Part shown: positions 8,341 through 17,934 of the stretch, piece by piece | Layout of the letters: every line of letters begins with the position of its first letter | Numbering within the stretch: the first letter of the stretch is position 1 | Assembly: GCA_016867135.1 (NCBI GenBank) | Contig: VGKH01000002.1 | Span: 6,312-70,311 of the forward strand | Source: Candidatus Omnitrophota bacterium | Lineage (GTDB): Bacteria; Omnitrophota; Gorgyraeia; VGKH01 | DNA length: 64,000 nt | Direction of reading: 5' to 3' | The notes under the pieces: generated by a model | Told to the model about the DNA's origin: nothing | The model's database searches: none | The model's input: only the letters and a program-made list of their open reading frames with translations | Program-made: the position numbers and the translations under genes

Positions 8341-9545
8341 TGGTCAAGATATCTCAGTCAAAAGAGAATAAAGCTTGGTTTAGCTCCCAAACGATTAATT
8401 TTTTAACCTGTTGTAGCCGCACAATTATAGACGAAGAAGTTACAGGGAAAATAAAATCTTTAATAGCGCCTGATTTAGATTGGCCAGCCATAATTATAAA
8501 AGCCAAAAATCAAGGGGTGGCACAATTTTTATATTTCCACCTGGCAAAATTAGAAGAAGTTTGGTCGATTGTGCCCGATGAATTAAAAAAAGAACTAAGA
8601 GAATTTTATCATAGAATTTTAGCTAATAATTGGTTGATTCAAAACGAGCTTAAGAAAATAATCCCGTTATTAGATCGTGTTTGCATCGAAGTTATTGTTT
8701 TAAAAGGAGCAAGCCTTCTTGGGTCGGTATATAAAAATATAGCCTTTCGTCCGATGATCGATGTGGATTTATTGGTTAGAAAACAAGATCTGCCCAGGGC
8801 AAAAACTATTCTACATGATATAGGATATCGAAAGCCAGATTTTCTAGATCAACAGAGTTTGGAGAAATTCGGAGGAGAAATTCATCTTTATAAAAATGGA
8901 GGAGTTTTTCTAGATATTCATACGACTTTATCCCAGTATGAGCGTTTTGAGGATATTCTAAAAATCGATTCCGACGAAGAACTTTGGAATAAAACAAGAA
9001 GATTTAATAATGGTGAGGGCGAAATTAGGATGCTTGGGCCCGACCATCTGCTTATGCATTTATGTATGCATCAGGCATTGGCTCATTGGTTTGCTGGATT
9101 ATTTCGTTTCTGCGATCTTCGTGAAACCATTTTGGCTTATAAAGAAGAATTGGATTTTGAATATATAATAAAAAAAGCAAGAATATACAAGATAAATAAA
9201 ATTCTTTATTTTGCCCTTTCTTCTGTGCAGGAACTTTTTGGTCCGATATTGCCTCAAGATTTCTTAGCTAATCTGCAGTATAAACATAGGCTAACTATTA
9301 GTATAGGCTGTTTTCTTTTTAGAAAAAAGATCTTATCTTTACCTGACAAAGAAGTAGCATTTCGGAAATCTATAAATCAGTTGTTTTTGATGGATAATTT
9401 TTCAGACTTGCCTCAAATTATATTTAAAGGGTTTTTTCCTTCCGATGATTGGCTCAGGTATAGATATGGAGTCAGAAGTAGGATAAAATTATTTTTTTAC
9501 CGTTTAATCCACCCCTTCATTACAGCATTTAATATTCTTTCCTAA
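8340..9545 (+). CDS. uncharacterised nucleotidyltransferase-family protein (PF14907-like)
   Basis: FRPMIDVDLLVRKQD motif typical of this nucleotidyltransferase family; size ~400 aa. Confidence 0.5.
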   Translation: MVKISQSKENKAWFSSQTINFLTCCSRTIIDEEVTGKIKSLIAPDLDWPAIIIKAKNQGVAQFLYFHLAKLEEVWSIVPDELKKELREFYHRILANNWLIQNELKKIIPLLDRVCIEVIVLKGASLLGSVYKNIAFRPMIDVDLLVRKQDLPRAKTILHDIGYRKPDFLDQQSLEKFGGEIHLYKNGGVFLDIHTTLSQYERFEDILKIDSDEELWNKTRRFNNGEGEIRMLGPDHLLMHLCMHQALAHWFAGLFRFCDLRETILAYKEELDFEYIIKKARIYKINKILYFALSSVQELFGPILPQDFLANLQYKHRLTISIGCFLFRKKILSLPDKEVAFRKSINQLFLMDNFSDLPQIIFKGFFPSDDWLRYRYGVRSRIKLFFYRLIHPFITAFNILS

Positions 9546-9576
9546 CTCCTTCTTTGGCAAAAGTTTAAGTCTTTTC

Positions 9577-9605
9577 TTGACTTTAGGGTAATTATTAGAT
9601 ATATT
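9577..9605 (+). promoter_or_regulatory. sigma70-like promoter TTGACT-N17-TATATT ahead of EPS operon
   Basis: TTGACT 9577-9582, spacer 17, TATATT 9600-9605. Confidence 0.35.
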
Positions 9606-9634
9606 AAAAGGAAAGTATATATAATTTATTAATT

Positions 9635-10699
9635 ATGCATAAATTTATTAAGATTTATAGTAGAAGGTTTTTTCTGGTCATTTTTATTTCCATTTTTATT
9701 AGTTCTTGTTCAGCCGCAAAAAGACAACAGCAATTCTCCGCGGATTTAAGAAAAGCCGCATTAAAACTCGCCCAACAGGATAGTTTTCCCAAGAATGATT
9801 ATTATACAATCGACCAGGACGATATACTTGATATAACAGTATGGAAGTCTTTAGGCTCAAAAGAAGGAGAGGCGGAAAAGGAGTATTTTATTAACGATGG
9901 CGATCAATTGGAAATTTCTGTATGGCAATGGCCAGACCTTTTAAGAAACGTTGTCGTTCGTCCCGACGGGAAAATTTCTTTTCCTTTAGTAGGAGATATC
10001 CAGGCAAAGGGGAAAACTTTAACCGCATTGGATGATGAAATTACCGAGAAACTTTCTTCTTTTATTAAATCTCCCGAGGTTTCAGTAATGATAACAGCAT
10101 TTGGGGCAGAGCAAGAAGGTTTCTTAAAGCCGGAGATATCTTTTGTTAAAGTTAATGAGTTGAGCGCAGAGCAGGCAGTGGCTCCCGACGGTAATATTTA
10201 TTTGCCTTTAATCGGAGCGGTTCAGGCTTCCGGCTTAACGTTAAATCAATTAGGTTTGAAGATAAAGGATAGCGTCGCTCAATTTGTCCAGAATCCGGAA
10301 GTCTCGGTTACTATCAAACAATTCGGTGGTAGAAAACTTATTGTCTTGGGGGAAGTTACCGATCCGGGAGTATATCTTTTTACCGGGAAAGCGACTGTTT
10401 TGGAAGCCATCGGTTGGGCAGGGGGCTACACCAGAAACGCCGTTTTAAAAAACGTGCTTGTTATAAGGGGGAATTTATCTAAACCGGAAGTTTTTAATCT
10501 GAATTTGCGCAGTGTGCTGGATAAAAAAGATATGAGCCAGAACCTAGCAATTCAGGCAAGAGATGTAATATATGTTCCCAGGACTGTTGTTGCTGAAGTA
10601 AGCCATATTTTATCACAATTGCTTGGCCCTTTGACAAGTTCATCGAGCGCAGTTACTGCTATAAAGACTATCAGGACTGGGCCTAGCCCCAAGAAATAA
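9635..10699 (+). CDS. polysaccharide export outer-membrane lipoprotein (Wza/EpsA family; Poly_export + SLBB)
   Basis: Lipobox ISSC after signal peptide; repeated PDG..ISFPLVGDIQAKG / PDGNIYLPLIGAVQASG SLBB motifs. Confidence 0.8.
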   Translation: MHKFIKIYSRRFFLVIFISIFISSCSAAKRQQQFSADLRKAALKLAQQDSFPKNDYYTIDQDDILDITVWKSLGSKEGEAEKEYFINDGDQLEISVWQWPDLLRNVVVRPDGKISFPLVGDIQAKGKTLTALDDEITEKLSSFIKSPEVSVMITAFGAEQEGFLKPEISFVKVNELSAEQAVAPDGNIYLPLIGAVQASGLTLNQLGLKIKDSVAQFVQNPEVSVTIKQFGGRKLIVLGEVTDPGVYLFTGKATVLEAIGWAGGYTRNAVLKNVLVIRGNLSKPEVFNLNLRSVLDKKDMSQNLAIQARDVIYVPRTVVAEVSHILSQLLGPLTSSSSAVTAIKTIRTGPSPKK

Positions 10700-10700
10700 A

Positions 10701-12620
10701 ATGCCACAATACGAATTAAATATTCAAGATTATTTAAGAATCCTCCGGAAGAGAAAATGGATAATTTTTCTTACCATAATTTCTACTTTCGTTGGAACCA
10801 TAACTTACAACAATCTTCAAACTCCTGTCTATAGCGCTAGCGTCTCAATCAAGATAGAAGTGCGTCAAACCGCGATAGCCGCGCTTACTGAGACTATTTT
10901 AGGATACGGCTATGATGTATTGGCCACCGAGCAGAAAGTTATAACCGGCCGTCCCGTCGTGGAAGAGGCGGCAAGGCGCCTGGAGCTATTCTCCAAAAAT
11001 GCCTCGCAGGACGAAATTGATTTTATAGTAAGCGATATACAGGCCGGTTTGAATTCAATCACCGACCAGATTTCTTCAATTATTTTGCTAACTGTGGAAT
11101 CCGACCAGCCGAAAAAAGCCCGGGATATCGCCAATAAAATAGCAGAAGTTTACATCGAAGAGAACCTAAAACAGAGAAGCAAAGAGGCAACCCAGGTTAG
11201 AGATTTTATTGAGAAACAACTATCTGATGTGGAGACAAGACTACACGCTTCGGAAGATGCGTTGGCAAAATTCAGGGAGCAAGAAGCGGTTACCGGAGTG
11301 GCGGTGGGTCTGGAAAACCGCCTTGGAACATTAAAGGCGCAATTATCTGATTTATTAACTAAGGCAACCGAAAAACATCCCGACGTCCAGCGCTTGGAGG
11401 AACAAATCAAAGAAGCGGAGGACGAGCTAAAGAAACTTCCTCAGGCCGAACTGGAATTCGCCAGGCTTGAGCGCGACGTCAACGTCAATGAAAAGCTTTA
11501 TACAATGTTAAGGGAGAAATTTGAGGAGGCAAGGATTTCTGAGAAAGGAATGGTTTCTCAGGCAACGGTAGTCAATCCCGCGGTAGAGCCAAGAGTCCCT
11601 ATAAAACCAAACAAAAGATTCGCCGCGGTTGTGGGAGTAGTGGTGGGAATGATGCTAGGTTTGATTCTGGCATTTGTTACTGAGAGCTTGGACACATCTA
11701 TCGGAACAATAGAAGACGTTGAGAACTTGTTAAAAGTTCCAGTGTTGGCGATAATTCCTTCCATAAAGACGGAGGTCGCCGAAGAAAAACCTTGGTGGAA
11801 GCGGGGAATTTTTCCGCAAATGCAACAGACTAAAGAGGAGGAAAGAGAGGCGGCGCTCTCTGTGCTTTTTAAACCGCTATCTCAGATTGCCGAATCATAT
11901 AGGATATTAAGGACCAATCTTAAAATATCCGATACGAAAAAAGCTTTTCTTGTAACAAGCTGTGGGCCTCAAGAGGGAAAGACAACTGTTTTAGTGGGCC
12001 TAGGCATTACCTTGGCGCAGATGGGGATAAAGACGCTTCTAATCGATTCAGACCTCAGGCGTCCGTCGGTACATAAAAAACTCGGTATCACTAAAGAATC
12101 TGGAGTAAACGAGATCGTTAATAAGTCAATAACCTGGCAAGATGCGGTTAAAGGACTGCCGGATATTTTGATGGGAGAATTAGGCTTTGACGATGCGCTT
12201 AAGAATCCCGGATTAGACAATTTGAGCATAATTACTGCCGGTGCATCTTCTAACAATCCTTCAGAGTTATTGGGTTCAAAGACTATGGAGTCATTGCTAG
12301 CTGAATTCAGAGACAATTTTGACGTAATCTTGTTTGATTCTCCTCCCAGCTTGGCAATAACCGATGCCTCTGTGCTTGCGCCTTTGCTTGATGGGGTAGT
12401 AATTGTTTATGAGATGGGCAGGACCGCAAGGGCCGCGCTGTTAAGAGCAAAGGTTCAGTTAGAATCTGTCGGCGCAAATGTCCTAGGAGTGGCGCTTAAT
12501 CATATCAAGCCAGAAAGCGAAGTAGCAACTGGTTATTATCCATATTATTATCATTATAAATACAAATATGCCGAGAAGCAAAAGGAAGAAAAAGAATCTC
12601 ACCATCAGGAGTCTACATAA
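10701..12620 (+). CDS. polysaccharide co-polymerase/BY-tyrosine autokinase (Wzc-like: chain-length determinant + P-loop kinase + C-terminal Tyr cluster)
   Basis: N-terminal TM + Wzz-like coiled region; Walker A SCGPQEGKTT; Walker B VILFDSPP; C-terminal YYPYYYHYKYKY. Confidence 0.85.
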   Translation: MPQYELNIQDYLRILRKRKWIIFLTIISTFVGTITYNNLQTPVYSASVSIKIEVRQTAIAALTETILGYGYDVLATEQKVITGRPVVEEAARRLELFSKNASQDEIDFIVSDIQAGLNSITDQISSIILLTVESDQPKKARDIANKIAEVYIEENLKQRSKEATQVRDFIEKQLSDVETRLHASEDALAKFREQEAVTGVAVGLENRLGTLKAQLSDLLTKATEKHPDVQRLEEQIKEAEDELKKLPQAELEFARLERDVNVNEKLYTMLREKFEEARISEKGMVSQATVVNPAVEPRVPIKPNKRFAAVVGVVVGMMLGLILAFVTESLDTSIGTIEDVENLLKVPVLAIIPSIKTEVAEEKPWWKRGIFPQMQQTKEEEREAALSVLFKPLSQIAESYRILRTNLKISDTKKAFLVTSCGPQEGKTTVLVGLGITLAQMGIKTLLIDSDLRRPSVHKKLGITKESGVNEIVNKSITWQDAVKGLPDILMGELGFDDALKNPGLDNLSIITAGASSNNPSELLGSKTMESLLAEFRDNFDVILFDSPPSLAITDASVLAPLLDGVVIVYEMGRTARAALLRAKVQLESVGANVLGVALNHIKPESEVATGYYPYYYHYKYKYAEKQKEEKESHHQEST

Positions 12621-12646
12621 TAGGTCGTATTTCTTGATTATTTAAT

Positions 12647-12676
12647 AAAAGGGGATGTTTGTCCCCTTTTTGTTTT
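12647..12676 (+). terminator. rho-independent terminator after wzc-like gene
   Basis: AAAAGGGGA-tgtttg-TCCCCTTTT hairpin followed by TGTTTT. Confidence 0.55.
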
Positions 12677-12680
12677 CGCT

Positions 12681-14114
12681 ATGAGCCATAACAATTTCCT
12701 GAAAGAAAAATATAATTTTCTCACTACCAATTTTGGCCAGATGGATATTAGGGCATTGGCCTTGTTGCTGGTCCTGATAGCGTTTTCGGCAATTATCGGT
12801 TTTAAGATGGCGGCGTTTCATCCGCTTGTTCCGATAGCTCTTTTGGCCGCAGTTACGCTGGGAATAGCGACTTTAGTAAATACAAATCTGGGTTTAACGA
12901 TTTTGATTTTTTCAATGCTTCTATCCCCAGAAATACCTATAGCTCAAACTGTAGAGAGGGCTGTAACTGTCAGGATTGAAGATTTCTTGATTATCGCCGT
13001 ATTTTTCGCTTGGTTTGCCAAGACTGCGGTAAGGAAAGAGTTAGGTTTATTGCGCAAAACCCCGCTTAATAAGCCTATACTTGCTTATTTGGCTGTGAGT
13101 ATTTTTTCTACCGGGCTAGGGATAATGAGCGGGAATGTTAGCGCAAAAATCGGCTTCTTTTATATCCTTAAATACATAGAATTCTTTATGATATTTTTCC
13201 TTTTTGTGAATAATCTTGAGGACAAAAAACAGATTAAGACATTTATTTTCTGTTTTCTGTTGGTTTCTTTCATAATAGGAGTTTTGACCTATGCTCAGAT
13301 TGGAAGGATTGACCGTCCCACGGCGCCTTTTGAAGGAGCGCATCCCGAGCCGAATACCCTCGGAGGTTATTTAGTATTAACTTTAGCTACGGCGCTGGGA
13401 ATCTTGTTATATTCAAGCAATACAAACGTAAAGCTAATTTTACTTGGGCTAGTGTGTTTTAATTTTTACCCGCTCTTAATGACTCTTTCTAGAAGCTCTT
13501 ATTTGGCATTTGTCCTGCTTTATTTAATCTTAGTTTTCTTCTCAAGGAAACACAGGTTGATTTTGATTAGTCTTTTGGTTTTTGCTATTTTATTTTTACC
13601 ATTTTTTATACCCGAGAGAGCTAAAGACAGGGTTCTTTATACATTTAGTTACGGTTCTCATTACACTTTTGGCGGCGGGAAGATCAGGTTGGAGAAATCT
13701 GCTGCGGCAAGAGTTGAGACTTGGCAGAGCGCCATGGATTACTTGCAGAAAAAACCATTTTTTGGTTTTGGAGTAACAGGCGTACCTTTTATGGATTCTC
13801 AGTATGCGAGACTTTTGGCAGAAATCGGAATTTTCGGGTTTTTAATATTTCTTTGGTTGATTTTCGCGATAATAAAAAGCGCATGGTATATATTTAACAA
13901 TTCAACCGATTATTTCACTCAAGGCTTGAGCCTTGGTTTTTTGGGGGGTTTTGCGGGGATGTTGCTCATGGGATTAGCGGCGAATGTTTTTGTTATTGTA
14001 AGAATTTCTGAACCATTCTGGTTTTTGTGCGCCTGTGTTATGGCCTTATTTGATATTCAACCTATGCAGGCAGCTCCGGGAATCAAAAGGATGGACCATA
14101 CAGATTCAACTTAA
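12681..14114 (+). CDS. O-antigen ligase/polymerase-like polytopic membrane protein (Wzy_C-like)
   Basis: ~11 TM helices, periplasmic loop region, position in EPS locus. Confidence 0.5.
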   Translation: MSHNNFLKEKYNFLTTNFGQMDIRALALLLVLIAFSAIIGFKMAAFHPLVPIALLAAVTLGIATLVNTNLGLTILIFSMLLSPEIPIAQTVERAVTVRIEDFLIIAVFFAWFAKTAVRKELGLLRKTPLNKPILAYLAVSIFSTGLGIMSGNVSAKIGFFYILKYIEFFMIFFLFVNNLEDKKQIKTFIFCFLLVSFIIGVLTYAQIGRIDRPTAPFEGAHPEPNTLGGYLVLTLATALGILLYSSNTNVKLILLGLVCFNFYPLLMTLSRSSYLAFVLLYLILVFFSRKHRLILISLLVFAILFLPFFIPERAKDRVLYTFSYGSHYTFGGGKIRLEKSAAARVETWQSAMDYLQKKPFFGFGVTGVPFMDSQYARLLAEIGIFGFLIFLWLIFAIIKSAWYIFNNSTDYFTQGLSLGFLGGFAGMLLMGLAANVFVIVRISEPFWFLCACVMALFDIQPMQAAPGIKRMDHTDST

Positions 14115-14137
14115 ATATTTAATTAATAAATGGAGAT

Positions 14138-15589
14138 ATGGATCTAACCAATAGAGCAATAAAAGGGACATTCATTGTCGCAGGAAGCACTTATTTTATT
14201 GATTTAATTTCATTTGTTCGCTCTATAGTCTTGGCGAGGTTGCTTGTGCCGGAATATTTCGGAATTGTCGCCTTGGCGTCATTTTTCTTCAATTTAATCA
14301 GGCAGCTTAAAGAATTTAACCTAGATTCTGCGCTCATTTATAAACCCGATGCTTCAAAAGATGATTTTTCTACCCATTTTGTATTAAAGCTGCTTTTGGC
14401 TTTGCTGACTCTTTTTGTTATAGCCGCTATCTCTCCAATTTTGACAAGATTCTACGGACCGGATATCACAAAAATAATTTTGATATTTGCCTTTTTTTCC
14501 ATATTCCAAGAGGCTGCTGCTACTCCCCGCGTAGTCCTGGAAAAAGAGCTTTTATTTTCCCGGGTGGCCGTAATTAATATCGTAAAAGAAATAATCAAGA
14601 CGATTATTCCGATTGGCATGGTTTTTCTTGGATTTGGCTTATGGAGCTTGGTGGCAATGGCTGTTTTGGATATGTCTATCCCATTTTTTTGTTTTTTAAT
14701 AACTAGGACCTGGAGGCTCTCTTTTCGGTTAAGCAAAGAAAAGGCGATATGGTTTTTGAAATATAGTTCATATATGTGGATAGCCGGCTTATGCATAACT
14801 TTAATGTATGAATTTGATGATTTTCTCGTCGGTGTTATGGCGGGGATGGTTGCATTGGGGCTGTATGTCAAAGCCTATGATTTTTCTGAGCTACCCACCC
14901 AACTTGTAACGCATATCATAAATAGAGTAAGCTTACCGTTGTATTCTAAATTAAAAGATAATAAGGCTGAGCTTTCGCGGTCATTTAACAATTTCTTGTA
15001 TTTTATATTTAGATTAGCCCTTCCTTTGGCACTGGCGCTATTCATCGTGGCGCCGGAGTTTATCTATATTTTCTTAGGAGCAAAATGGGCCGGCGCAATA
15101 TTATTGTTAAGATTGTTAATCGTTTATTCTGTTTTGCGTTCGATTCAGGATGATTGTTCGGCTTTATTTTATGGGATAGGCAAGCCGAAAATTATGACTT
15201 ATGTCGTAACTGCTCAAGCGATAATAATGGTGGTCCTGGCGCCGTTTTTCGTTTATTTCTTTAAAGTAAATGGCGCCGCGATATTCGTAGATTTAATGAC
15301 GATAATAGGTATTATATTGATCTATAAGAATGTATCAGTTTTTGTCGATGTTGAATACAAAAAGAATTTTCTTGCTCCTATAGTCAGCGCGATAATTGGC
15401 TTGCTTGCAGTATTCATTTTTCTGCAAAATGTCTATATCCCGGGATTATTTATTCGTTTAATCGTTAAATTATTTTTGTTCGGTGCGATTTATACAAGCA
15501 TTCTTATTTTGCTTTCCAAGGATGAATTGTCGCATAAATTTAAATTTGTGTTTGAGATATTAAAGCCAGGTATGTTAAATAAAAAATAA
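14138..15589 (+). CDS. polysaccharide biosynthesis protein, MOP-superfamily flippase (Wzx-like)
   Basis: ~12-14 TM helices, N-terminal polysacc_synt-like pattern. Confidence 0.55.
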   Translation: MDLTNRAIKGTFIVAGSTYFIDLISFVRSIVLARLLVPEYFGIVALASFFFNLIRQLKEFNLDSALIYKPDASKDDFSTHFVLKLLLALLTLFVIAAISPILTRFYGPDITKIILIFAFFSIFQEAAATPRVVLEKELLFSRVAVINIVKEIIKTIIPIGMVFLGFGLWSLVAMAVLDMSIPFFCFLITRTWRLSFRLSKEKAIWFLKYSSYMWIAGLCITLMYEFDDFLVGVMAGMVALGLYVKAYDFSELPTQLVTHIINRVSLPLYSKLKDNKAELSRSFNNFLYFIFRLALPLALALFIVAPEFIYIFLGAKWAGAILLLRLLIVYSVLRSIQDDCSALFYGIGKPKIMTYVVTAQAIIMVVLAPFFVYFFKVNGAAIFVDLMTIIGIILIYKNVSVFVDVEYKKNFLAPIVSAIIGLLAVFIFLQNVYIPGLFIRLIVKLFLFGAIYTSILILLSKDELSHKFKFVFEILKPGMLNKK

Positions 15590-15640
15590 GATAATTTCTC
15601 TGCATTCTTAGATCGTTTTCAAAAGAAAGGATATTTAATT

Positions 15641-17125
15641 ATGGGTAGCGTTACCAAGAATTCAAAAAATAAGAAAATTGCTGCTTTGGTTGTGGGCGCG
15701 GGCGCGGCAGGGAAGCTTGTTTTAGACGAGATTAAAAGACATGGCAGCTTGAACTATACAATAATCGGTTTTGTCGACGACGATCCTAAAAAACAGAATG
15801 GACGTATTAATGGTATTCGCGTCTTGGGAAAGATTCAGCATATACCTCGTATAGTTAAGGCAAAGAAAATAAAAGAAATCGTCATCGCTATCCCCTCCGC
15901 GAGCGGTTTACAGAACAGAAGAATAGTCAATAAATGTGAAGAGGCAAAGGTTCCTTTTAGGATTATCCCCGGAATTTATGAGTTATTAAAGCGCGATACT
16001 GATGCGGGGTTGCTTAGAAGTGTTGAATTAGAAGATCTTATCAGGAGAAAGCCTGTAGATTTTGATTTGAATAGCATTCAATCGTACCTTACCCAAAGAA
16101 TAGTTTTAGTCTCTGGAGCAGGCGGTTCAATCGGCAGGGAACTTTGTCATCAAATATTTAAATTCAATCCAGCACAATTAATATTGCTGGACCATGAAGA
16201 AAATTCCCTGAATGATGTCTTTACTGAATTCAAAAATAAATTTCCAAAGTTTGATATTGTGCCTATTACTGGGAATATTTGCGAACGTAACAAGATAAAG
16301 ACAATAATTTCTTCATTTAAGCCAGATGTAGTCTTTCATAGCGCTGCCTATAAACATGTGCCGATGATGGAGTTAAACGTCGCCGAATGTATAAAAAACA
16401 ATGTTTTTGGTACATTGAGTATGGTCGAAGAGGCTAAAAAGGGCAACGTAAAACGGTTTGTTCTCATTTCTACGGATAAGGCAATAAAACCCACAAGCAT
16501 TATGGGCGCATCTAAGAGAATAGCCGAGATAATTGTCCAAGAGGCATCTCAAAATAGCAGGACTAATTTTAGTATAGTTAGGTTTGGGAATGTTTTGATT
16601 AGCCGGGGGAGCGTGGTGCCTTTGTTTGAAAAACAGATCAAAGAAAGACAGCCCATTACTATTACGCATAGTAAAATGACCAGATATTTTATGACTTTAT
16701 CGGAAGCTGCTCAGCTGGTTATACAGGCTGGGGCTTTAAGCAGAGGAGGAGAAATATTTGTTTTAGATATGGGTAAACCCGTCAAGATAGTAGATTTGGC
16801 TAAGGAAATGATCAAGCTTTCCGGTTTGACGCCCCACAAGGATATACCCATAATCTATACCGGCATGAGGCCGGGAGAAAGATTGAATGAGCCGCTTTAT
16901 AGTTTCTTGAAGGGATTGCAGCTTTCGCAGCAGAAAAGGATATTTATTGCTCCGTCTTTATCTGTAAACAGTAAAAGGCTTTTTTCTTCATTGAATAAAT
17001 TAAAGATCCCCGTATTTCTTGAAGATAAAGAAAGAATCTTAAGAGAGGTAAAGAATATTGTTCCTGGATATAAGCCCGCATTTTACGACAAGAAGATTGG
17101 CGATGCTAAGTGGGAAGCATTCTAG
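15641..17125 (+). CDS. CapD/PglF/WbpM-like NDP-sugar 4,6-dehydratase (polysaccharide biosynthesis protein)
   Basis: VLVSGAGGSIGRELCHQI Rossmann motif, YKH(V) catalytic region AAYKHVPMME, CoA-binding-like N-terminal domain. Confidence 0.85.
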   Translation: MGSVTKNSKNKKIAALVVGAGAAGKLVLDEIKRHGSLNYTIIGFVDDDPKKQNGRINGIRVLGKIQHIPRIVKAKKIKEIVIAIPSASGLQNRRIVNKCEEAKVPFRIIPGIYELLKRDTDAGLLRSVELEDLIRRKPVDFDLNSIQSYLTQRIVLVSGAGGSIGRELCHQIFKFNPAQLILLDHEENSLNDVFTEFKNKFPKFDIVPITGNICERNKIKTIISSFKPDVVFHSAAYKHVPMMELNVAECIKNNVFGTLSMVEEAKKGNVKRFVLISTDKAIKPTSIMGASKRIAEIIVQEASQNSRTNFSIVRFGNVLISRGSVVPLFEKQIKERQPITITHSKMTRYFMTLSEAAQLVIQAGALSRGGEIFVLDMGKPVKIVDLAKEMIKLSGLTPHKDIPIIYTGMRPGERLNEPLYSFLKGLQLSQQKRIFIAPSLSVNSKRLFSSLNKLKIPVFLEDKERILREVKNIVPGYKPAFYDKKIGDAKWEAF

Positions 17126-17934
17126 AAGCTCGGATGATGAGTAACGAAATCGAAAGGATTAAGAAAGTTTATCGTCTGCGTAAAGAAAGAGGGATTTTTT
17201 GGTCGCTCTTTAGGCCCGAGGTCCATTTCATGGACTTTGAATTGCAGAGGCAGTATCTGCGGGCGTTTAAAATATGCGGAGTAACCGAGGAAAATATCGG
17301 CACAAAGAAACTTCTAGATGCCGGTTGTGGGAGCGGAAGGTGGCTAAGATGGTTTCAGGATTTAGGCTTTAGAGAATTATTTGGGGTAGATATCCGAGAC
17401 CAAGAAATAAATGAAGCCCGCCAACTTAATCCCGGCATAAATTTCTATAATGCCAGCATATCCAGCTTGCCATTTGAGGATAATTATTTTGATTTTATTA
17501 TTTTGTCGGAAGTATTTTCTTCAATCTTAGAGGATAGGCTTATGGAAGATTCTGCTAAAGAACTTTTGCGAGTACTTGCTTTGGGAGGCGCGATATTATT
17601 TAACGACAATAATAAGAAAGCAGTTAAAAAAGCCAAGATCGAGAAAGAGCATTATTTGAGATATGTCAAAAAAGAGGATTTAATTAAGTTATTTCCTAGC
17701 TCTCAGATACACTTTTCGTCTTTTTTGGTTAATCCTTCTTTTACTGGAGTTTTGACTTCCGTTGTTAATAGGGGTTTGTTTAATTCTGTTTTTAGAAGGA
17801 TGCCCTTTGTCGGTAAGAATTTTAATAAACAAAAAGTTCTCATGCTTAAATTTCCTTACTGTCTTGTTGAGATGCTTAAGCGTTTTAATTTCTTTAATAT
17901 TCATATTTTCGCTGTTATAAGAAAAACCAGATGA
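17110..17934 (+). CDS. class I SAM-dependent methyltransferase
   Basis: LLDAGCGSGRWL motif I. Confidence 0.65.
   Translation: MGSILEARMMSNEIERIKKVYRLRKERGIFWSLFRPEVHFMDFELQRQYLRAFKICGVTEENIGTKKLLDAGCGSGRWLRWFQDLGFRELFGVDIRDQEINEARQLNPGINFYNASISSLPFEDNYFDFIILSEVFSSILEDRLMEDSAKELLRVLALGGAILFNDNNKKAVKKAKIEKEHYLRYVKKEDLIKLFPSSQIHFSSFLVNPSFTGVLTSVVNRGLFNSVFRRMPFVGKNFNKQKVLMLKFPYCLVEMLKRFNFFNIHIFAVIRKTR

Noticed and set aside
10910-12316. Several 68-115-aa minus-strand ORFs inside the wzc-like gene, and similar antisense ORFs inside most large genes (e.g. 1760-1981, 2843-3148, 14452-14871, 18563-18967, 50077-51108, 54190-54828)
   Set aside because: They are fully embedded antisense to well-supported genes, with low-complexity Ser/Pro/Thr-rich translations and no independent signals, so they are spurious.
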